This document shows, piece after piece, positions 41,020 to 47,069 of a DNA stretch of 47,069 nucleotides. The translations under genes were made by a program, and so were the position numbers. The notes below the pieces were generated by a model. That model was not told the origin of the DNA. It saw nothing but the letters and a program-made list of their open reading frames with translations, and did no database searches. Within the stretch, counting starts at the first letter, position 1, and each line of letters starts with the position of its first letter. The stretch is taken from positions 1-47,069 of IMG/VR virus record IMGVR_UViG_2778261418_000014. The stretch is one strand, 5' to 3'. The DNA comes from a virus (lineage: Duplodnaviria; Heunggongvirae; Uroviricota; Caudoviricetes).

Positions 41020-42935
41020 GCCGCTACCCCCGCTTTCTGGATTGCTACCAGCAGATCAGCCAGGTGGCGAGCTGCGCCATTAACCAGCTCTTCGTTTTCC
41101 TCAAAACGCCCGGCAGCCTGAAGGGCTGCAATCGCTTCCCGGACATTACCCCGGGCGTTACGGATCTCCGCCATGTCAGTGCTTTGCATATCCATCACGC
41201 TATTGAGATATTCAATGGCTTTATTAGCCTCTGCATCTGCTTCGCTAACCGTTTCATCAGGCTGTGCCGGGACCGGTTCTGGTTGAGTAATCTCACCGAC
41301 TTCGGCCTGCAATGCATTGATCATGCTCTGCACCATTTTCTCGATGCCAGCGCCCCCTGGAAACGCAATATTGGGGAAAGTTTTTTGAAACTGAGTTTTC
41401 AGCATTACGCGGAACTCGTCTGGTGAGCTGGTGGCCAGCTCCAGAGCTTTTTGTGCATATTTGCCAAACGGACCATTAGTAAGTGTCTTCGCCAGGAAGT
41501 CGAAAGAATCCTCGCGAGGCAATAACTTCAGGTCGTACTCACTCATTTGCTGATCAGAAAGCGGGGTATCGTAAGTAACAATGCCGTAGCGTGCATATTC
41601 ATAATACGGGTCACCTTCATCAGGGCGCGGCAGAATTGCTTTGTTACCTTCAGGTATTGCGCCAGGGGCCGCCGGACGCATTTGCAGGGCATATCGATAT
41701 GCACCTACAGAGACTTCTGGTTCAGGCAAAGAGCTACCGGTATCCTCCGCTGATTCAGGTTCGACGTTTTCCGGTTTATGTTCTTCTGGTTGGACCAGAT
41801 ATTCCGATACATTACCCGCTTTATAGGCTTTAAACAGCTTGCCGATCGCATCTGCCATGTCCACACCCTGTATGGATTTAGCCTTGATCATGTACACGCT
41901 GCCATCCGAATCGGTTAACTGGATATACCCTTCGCCGTCCTCAATGAATTGCTTCATTGATGCACCATTACTGAGCGTCACTTCCCCGTTCATATGCATA
42001 CGATTTTTGATACTGGCAAGGCGATCCGTCATCGCGCGAGAGTGTCCACCAGTCATCCCCGCAGGAGCAATGGTTTCGCGCCCACCAGTGCGATTGAGCT
42101 GATCAATCTCCGTCTGCAAACGCTCATTCTCTTCATAAAGAGAATCCGCTTCCGATGCAACAGCGTTAATTTTCTGCTCCAGATCTGCCTTCTGCCCTTC
42201 TACCGCTGCCACCTGATCCGCGAGGTCGCTCATGGCATCCTCTTTCTGGTCACTGTCAGCCTGTAGTTGGGTTATTTCATCAACAAGGGCTTTTTTCTTC
42301 TTCTGCGCACGCTGGAATTTTGCCGAGTTTTTCTCTGCAAGGTTGGCAAGTTTCATGGTGACCTGCGCCAGCGTCATATCACGTCCACTCATCGGAGCAA
42401 CGGTGTGAGTAACGTCTTTTTTATTCAGTAAGAACTGGAAAGCAACCAGCGTATCGCTATTGGTGATCCGGTTTTCCGCTGTCGGGCTATGAAACAGAAT
42501 GCTGATAGTCTGACCATCACTGAGCGGAATAATGGCTGGCAGGACTGGCAGCCCGTTAACGTTACGTGCCCGGCCAATTTCAGCGCCGCCGATCGCGCGC
42601 GCGCCGCTCTGGGCCACATCCCCCGTTTTATCACTCCCCGCAGAGATTCCGGTACCATTCAGCTTCTGGTTCAATGCCCGGACAAATGCCTGCATGGTCC
42701 GGTGTAACTGCAAACGAGTAGAACTAATCGCCTCCAGTAAATCCGTAGCACACCAGTGGATCGGCGTGTCATAGAAGAACGTAGCCTCGATTTCCTCCAG
42801 GGTGTTGGATTCCGTCATCAGATAGCGGTCCTCACCGGCCATTAATGCGCGATATTCATCATCAGTCACTGGCGGGGGAAGCACGTCAAGCCCAGGTTTG
42901 ATCGTCACCCCTTTATTGATATTGAACTGTTCCAT
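41016..42935 (-). CDS. darA: DarA antirestriction internal head protein
   Basis: 639 aa, the size of P1 DarA, flanked by hdf and ddrA as in P1. Confidence 0.7.
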   Translation of the reverse strand: MEQFNINKGVTIKPGLDVLPPPVTDDEYRALMAGEDRYLMTESNTLEEIEATFFYDTPIHWCATDLLEAISSTRLQLHRTMQAFVRALNQKLNGTGISAGSDKTGDVAQSGARAIGGAEIGRARNVNGLPVLPAIIPLSDGQTISILFHSPTAENRITNSDTLVAFQFLLNKKDVTHTVAPMSGRDMTLAQVTMKLANLAEKNSAKFQRAQKKKKALVDEITQLQADSDQKEDAMSDLADQVAAVEGQKADLEQKINAVASEADSLYEENERLQTEIDQLNRTGGRETIAPAGMTGGHSRAMTDRLASIKNRMHMNGEVTLSNGASMKQFIEDGEGYIQLTDSDGSVYMIKAKSIQGVDMADAIGKLFKAYKAGNVSEYLVQPEEHKPENVEPESAEDTGSSLPEPEVSVGAYRYALQMRPAAPGAIPEGNKAILPRPDEGDPYYEYARYGIVTYDTPLSDQQMSEYDLKLLPREDSFDFLAKTLTNGPFGKYAQKALELATSSPDEFRVMLKTQFQKTFPNIAFPGGAGIEKMVQSMINALQAEVGEITQPEPVPAQPDETVSEADAEANKAIEYLNSVMDMQSTDMAEIRNARGNVREAIAALQAAGRFEENEELVNGAARHLADLLVAIQKAGVAA

Positions 42936-42936
42936 G

Positions 42937-43548
42937 TTAATTTCCTGCTTTCAGTTGCTTAAGACGGCGTTTGAGTTCGCCATTTCGGGCCTTTTCGTTA
43001 TTGAGTCGGCCTGTCTCCTTATCCAGCTTCGCCCGCAAATCAGTGATCTGCTGTTGATTGAAAGACACCGAGTTCTGCGCGGACTTATAAGCGGCAACCA
43101 CCTGAGCATTCCGCTGTTTTGCCTCTTGCAGGCGCTGAAAGTTGGATTTAACTGCTGGTTTCTTGTCTACCGGATTAGCAACACGCTTCGCTTTGGCGAT
43201 CAGTGATTTCTGGAATTTTGCGGAGTTTTTGCGGGCCGCTTGCCCCATGACGGTACCAAGCGTCTTGATATCTGGCGACTGTGCGTTAGGAATAGCTTTT
43301 CCATTCAGTTTCACTGCCGATATATCGCCAGTATCGTTTACCTGTATGGCAAGAATTTGTCCGTCGTTAAGAACCAGCTTTGCGGTTTTAACTTTAACCC
43401 CATCTTTCGTTGTTGCGCGGTTGCTGGAGTCAACCTCAATTACCGTAACACCGGTTTTATTGATCGCCGCGATAAGGGATTTCAGCCCCTTTTCATTAAC
43501 CTGGTCAAAATCGACCGTTGCATACTTATTTTTCGTCATCTGACACAT
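42937..43548 (-). CDS. hdf: Hdf-like protein
   Basis: 203-aa ORF immediately upstream of darA. Confidence 0.5.
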   Translation of the reverse strand: MCQMTKNKYATVDFDQVNEKGLKSLIAAINKTGVTVIEVDSSNRATTKDGVKVKTAKLVLNDGQILAIQVNDTGDISAVKLNGKAIPNAQSPDIKTLGTVMGQAARKNSAKFQKSLIAKAKRVANPVDKKPAVKSNFQRLQEAKQRNAQVVAAYKSAQNSVSFNQQQITDLRAKLDKETGRLNNEKARNGELKRRLKQLKAGN

Positions 43549-43969
43549 CCTGTGCGAGATTTATTACGTAACTTCTGCGGATTTGCTGAGTAACAGGGAA
43601 AATCCGATACAACGGGTTAATGAACGAGTCGCCATGCGTAACCATGACGTTGAAATGCCACAGTCGCTCTCCTTTACCCATATATTCAGTGGGTATGTAC
43701 AACCATTCACTGTTTTCGCCCTGTTCAGCCGACGTCAAACAACGTTGTTCGCCTTCAATCACTGTCGTCGGCTTCTGAACATCGCGGATCCAATATCTGA
43801 CCGTTGCGCCGCGCAAAAACGGGAATTTAGACCGGTATTTGAACGGCACCCGGATGAAACCCGGTTTAATTTCCACATCACCAAGTTCTAAATGTGTGAT
43901 GTCCTTGCGTTTTAGCAAATAGCGATCGGCTAAGGCTAACGCAAGAACGCATACACCCCAGCCAATCAT
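43526..43969 (-). CDS. lydB: LydB antiholin-like protein
   Basis: 147-aa ORF downstream of lydA with 4-bp overlap. Confidence 0.55.
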   Translation of the reverse strand: MIGWGVCVLALALADRYLLKRKDITHLELGDVEIKPGFIRVPFKYRSKFPFLRGATVRYWIRDVQKPTTVIEGEQRCLTSAEQGENSEWLYIPTEYMGKGERLWHFNVMVTHGDSFINPLYRIFPVTQQIRRSYVINLAQDVSDDEK

Positions 43970-44295
43970 TTCCCGCCTCCCTTTTTCACCAAACTTGTAA
44001 GAACATTCAGAATGCTATCGATATTCACTCGTTTCATCCCTGAAATCACCTCATGACCGTTATTGCTGGCTATCGTTACCATTAAGTACGTAATTGATAA
44101 CTCCCAGCCCTCGTGTTGCCCCAATAGGTACGCCACCGCGCCAGCTGTCACTGCAACAAAGATCTCCGTAACCAATCCCAACAAATTACCAGACTGGCGA
44201 CCGTCTCGGACATCCATCAGGAACGTGCCTATCCCACCAATTACTGAAAGCAGGAGCGCAATAGCAACTGGAGCTAATTCCTGTGTGTCAAGCAC
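43966..44295 (-). CDS. lydA: LydA holin
   Basis: 109 aa with hydrophobic transmembrane segments and a basic C-terminus (KKGGGK). Confidence 0.6.
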   Translation of the reverse strand: MLDTQELAPVAIALLLSVIGGIGTFLMDVRDGRQSGNLLGLVTEIFVAVTAGAVAYLLGQHEGWELSITYLMVTIASNNGHEVISGMKRVNIDSILNVLTSLVKKGGGK

Positions 44296-44362
44296 AAGTT
44301 CCCTCCTACGTTGTCAGGAGGTAATGGTATGCAAAGTAACTTCTCAACCGGTCATTTGTTGC

Positions 44363-44644
44363 TTAAGAGGCATTTCTATTGAGGTACGAATCGATAATCC
44401 TTTGTGACTTTTCAAGAATGAGCCTGTTATTGATGCTGCAAATAATAGTCACGCAATTCTGAAGACTTTCATCCATACCCTTATATTCCGCGAAATACAT
44501 GCCTATAAAGCCTGCAAGTACGGCAGCAATACACTCGGCCATCAATTGCCTGCATGACGCTTCGTAACGTTTTTCACGAACCCCATTCAGAAACGAATGC
44601 ACCCCGCCAAGGATGGAGAGGAGCATTATTGTGAAATCAAACAT
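44363..44644 (-). CDS. lydC: LydC-like holin-family membrane protein
   Basis: 93 aa with two hydrophobic segments; first gene of the leftward operon, divergent from cin. Confidence 0.45.
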   Translation of the reverse strand: MFDFTIMLLSILGGVHSFLNGVREKRYEASCRQLMAECIAAVLAGFIGMYFAEYKGMDESLQNCVTIICSINNRLILEKSQRIIDSYLNRNAS

Positions 44645-44771
44645 AACTATTTCCTCAATAGTGAATTAAATCTCATTGGGAAACGGTATGTACTTTGTGA
44701 TTTCCACACATACTGGTTTTTGTTAATTAAAATCAGCAGCTTGCTATAAATAACGATAGTGAGCAGAAAAT

Positions 44772-45332
44772 ATGCTAATAGGCTATGTACGCGTATCAAC
44801 AAATGAACAAAACACTGCTTTACAACGAAATGCCCTTGAAAGCGCAGGATGTGAGCTAATTTTTGAGGACAAGGCGAGCGGCAAAAAGGCTGAACGCCCT
44901 GGGTTAAAAAAGGTTCTTCGTATGCTTTCCAGAGGTGACACCCTGGTCGTATGGAAGTTAGATCGTCTTGGGCGCAGCATGCGTCACTTAGTTGTGCTGG
45001 TGGAAGAGCTGCGTGACAGAGGCATTAACTTCCGGAGTCTCACTGACTCCATCGACACCAGTACACCAATGGGGCGCTTTTTCTTTCACGTAATGGGGGC
45101 GCTGGCAGAAATGGAACGTGAACTTATTGTTGAACGTACACGCGCTGGACTTGATGCAGCTCGCGCAGAAGGTCGAATAGGTGGGCGTCGGCCTAAATAC
45201 CAGAAAGAAACATGGCAGCAAATGCGGCGATTGCTGGAGAAGGGCATCCCCCGTAAGCAGGTTGCAATCATCTATGATGTGGCTGTTTCCACTCTTTATA
45301 AGAAGTTTCCGGCGTCATCATTTCAATCCTAA
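44772..45332 (+). CDS. cin: Cin serine DNA invertase
   Basis: 186 aa with the catalytic motif GYVRVSTNEQ and a C-terminal HTH (Hin/Gin/Cin family). Confidence 0.9.
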   Translation: MLIGYVRVSTNEQNTALQRNALESAGCELIFEDKASGKKAERPGLKKVLRMLSRGDTLVVWKLDRLGRSMRHLVVLVEELRDRGINFRSLTDSIDTSTPMGRFFFHVMGALAEMERELIVERTRAGLDAARAEGRIGGRRPKYQKETWQQMRRLLEKGIPRKQVAIIYDVAVSTLYKKFPASSFQS

Positions 45333-45350
45333 ACCTTGGTTTAAGAGAAC
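45325..45350. other. cix recombination site (cixL)
   Basis: caatcctaaacc-tt-ggtttaagagaa is a 26-bp imperfect palindrome around a 2-bp core, at the cin 3' end. Confidence 0.6.
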
Positions 45351-45379
45351 TCGGTACCAGCGGTGAAAAGATCCCCCTG

Positions 45380-46615
45380 TTGAGCACGGCTAACACATGG
45401 AGTGCGCGCCAGACTTTCAACGGCGGGATCACCGGGGCACTGACAGGGAACGCCGACACCGCGACGAAATTGAAAACAGCACGCACGATTGGCGGTGTGT
45501 CATTCGATGGTAGTGCCAATATCGACCTGCCAGGTGTGAATAAAACAGGTAATCAGAACACAACCGGTAATGCAGCGACAGCGACCAAGTTACAAACCGC
45601 TCGAACTATAAATGGGGTCTCGTTTGATGGTTCTAAAAATATTGAGCTAACGGCTGAAAATTTAAATCTTGAGCGAACAGTAGAATTAGCCGCTGGGTCA
45701 TTGCAGAAAAATCAGAACGGCGCGGATATTCCTGGAAAAGATACCTTCACTAAAAATATTGGTGCATGTCGCGCTTTTCACAGTTCTATTAGTACAGGTG
45801 CAGGGAACTGGACAACGGCACAATTGATTGAATGGCTGGATTCTCAAGGGGCATTCAATCACCCATACTGGATGTGCAAATGTTCATGGTCGTACGGCAA
45901 TAATAAAATTATAACCGATACTGGCTGTGGAACTATTCATCTTGCAGGTTGCGTTATTGAGGTTATGGGTAATAAAGGTGCCATGACCATCCGTGTAACA
46001 ACACCAAGCACTTCCAGCGGTGGCGGAATCACTAATGCTCAATTCACTTATATTAATCATGGTGATGCTTACGCTCCTGGCTGGCGACGAGACTACAACA
46101 CGAAAAACCAGCAGCCTGCATTTGCTTTAGGGCAAACAGGACGCAGGGTCGCAAATGATAAAGCTGTTGGCTGGAACTGGAATAGCGGCGTTTATGATGC
46201 AGATATCAGTGGCGCATCGACATTAATCCTCCACTTTAATATGAATGCGGGGAGTTGCCCTGCTGTACAGTTCCGCGTGAATTACAGAAATGGCGGTATC
46301 TTTTATCGTTCAGCGCGTGATGGTTATGGCTTTGAAGCTAACTGGTCAGAGTTTTACACCACAACACGCAAACCCTCTGCGGGAGATGTTGGTGCATATA
46401 CGCAGGCAGAATGTAACTCAAGGTTTATTACAGGTATTCGCCTTGGCGGTCTGTCATCTGTTCAGACATGGAATGGTCCTGGCTGGTCTGACAGGTCAGG
46501 TTATGTCGTTACTGGTTCAGTTAACGGAAACCGTGATGAATTAATTGATACAACTCAGGCAAGGCCAATTCAGTATTGCATTAATGGAACGTGGTATAAC
46601 GCGGGGAGTATTTAA
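45380..46615 (+). CDS. Tail-fibre variable C-terminal segment (Sv'-type, in-frame cassette without its own ATG)
   Basis: Open frame starts right after cix with no ATG (track used TTG). It contains fibre repeats [27 protein letters not shown] / [27 protein letters not shown]. Confidence 0.6.
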   Translation: MSTANTWSARQTFNGGITGALTGNADTATKLKTARTIGGVSFDGSANIDLPGVNKTGNQNTTGNAATATKLQTARTINGVSFDGSKNIELTAENLNLERTVELAAGSLQKNQNGADIPGKDTFTKNIGACRAFHSSISTGAGNWTTAQLIEWLDSQGAFNHPYWMCKCSWSYGNNKIITDTGCGTIHLAGCVIEVMGNKGAMTIRVTTPSTSSGGGITNAQFTYINHGDAYAPGWRRDYNTKNQQPAFALGQTGRRVANDKAVGWNWNSGVYDADISGASTLILHFNMNAGSCPAVQFRVNYRNGGIFYRSARDGYGFEANWSEFYTTTRKPSAGDVGAYTQAECNSRFITGIRLGGLSSVQTWNGPGWSDRSGYVVTGSVNGNRDELIDTTQARPIQYCINGTWYNAGSI

Positions 46616-46617
46616 TT

Positions 46618-47069
46618 ATGATGCACTTAAAAAATATTACTGCTGGCAACCCTAAAACAAAAGAGCAATACCAGCTAACGAAACGATTTAACATCAAATG
46701 GCTTTATACAGAGGATGGGAAGAACTGGTATGAGGAACAAAAGAACTTTCAGCCTGATACGTTGAAAATGGTCTATGACCACAACGACGTTATTATTTGT
46801 ATTGAAAAGGATGTTTCAGCAATTAATCCAGAAGGCGCAAGCGTCGTTGAGGTTCCTGATATTACAGCAAATCGCCGGGCTGATATTTCGGGTAAATGGA
46901 TGTTCAAAGATGGCGTAGTGATAAAGCGAACTTATACCGAGGAGGAACAGAGGCAGCAGGCAGAGAATGAAAAGCAAAGCCTGTTGCAACTTGTCAGGGA
47001 TAAAACCCAGCTATGGGACTCACAGCTACGGCTGGGCATCATTTCCGACGAGAATAAACAAAAATTAAC
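46618..47069 (+). CDS. Tail-fibre assembly chaperone (U'-type), 3'-truncated by the window end
   Basis: ATGATGCAC start just after Sv'. Translation [65 protein letters not shown] resembles tail-fibre assembly (Tfa) proteins. No stop within the window. Confidence 0.65.
   Translation, partial: MMHLKNITAGNPKTKEQYQLTKRFNIKWLYTEDGKNWYEEQKNFQPDTLKMVYDHNDVIICIEKDVSAINPEGASVVEVPDITANRRADISGKWMFKDGVVIKRTYTEEEQRQQAENEKQSLLQLVRDKTQLWDSQLRLGIISDENKQKL

Overview
The window reads as a contiguous segment of a P1-like temperate phage-plasmid. All calls rest on reading the sequence and six-frame track against remembered P1 biology; no database search or alignment was run. The P1 backbone is recognisable in P1 order: phd-doc addiction module, lpa, pacA (with the pac site inside it) and pacB, c1 and coi, a canonical 34-bp loxP followed by cre, then cra, ref, mat, lxc/ulx/darB, prt, pro, a holin-like gene, lyz, ssb, the darA operon (lydC-lydA-lydB-hdf-darA-ddrA-ddrB-hxr), cin with its cix site, and the start of the invertible tail-fibre segment. 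At least seven 17-bp C1 operator-like sites sit in front of lpa, the icd/ant module, c1/coi, cra, ref and ssb. Four accessory modules interrupt this backbone. (1) Bases 1-10100 hold a PapB-like regulator, a 2635-aa autotransporter adhesin, a Skp-like chaperone and a LuxR-type HTH fragment. (2) Between pacB and c1 lies an immI-type module: operator, candidate c4-like antisense RNA, icd-like gene and an antirepressor with two in-frame starts. (3) Where P1 carries res/mod and IS1 (as I recall the P1 map), between mat and lxc, there is instead a single AT-rich gene for a RelA/SpoT-family small alarmone-synthetase-like protein. This is the best candidate for an anti-phage system here and resembles the CapRel-type fused toxin-antitoxin. 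(4) Between ssb and hxr there is an OmpC/NmpC/Lc-family porin gene with a long AT-rich upstream region. No CRISPR array, transposase or tRNA gene was recognised.
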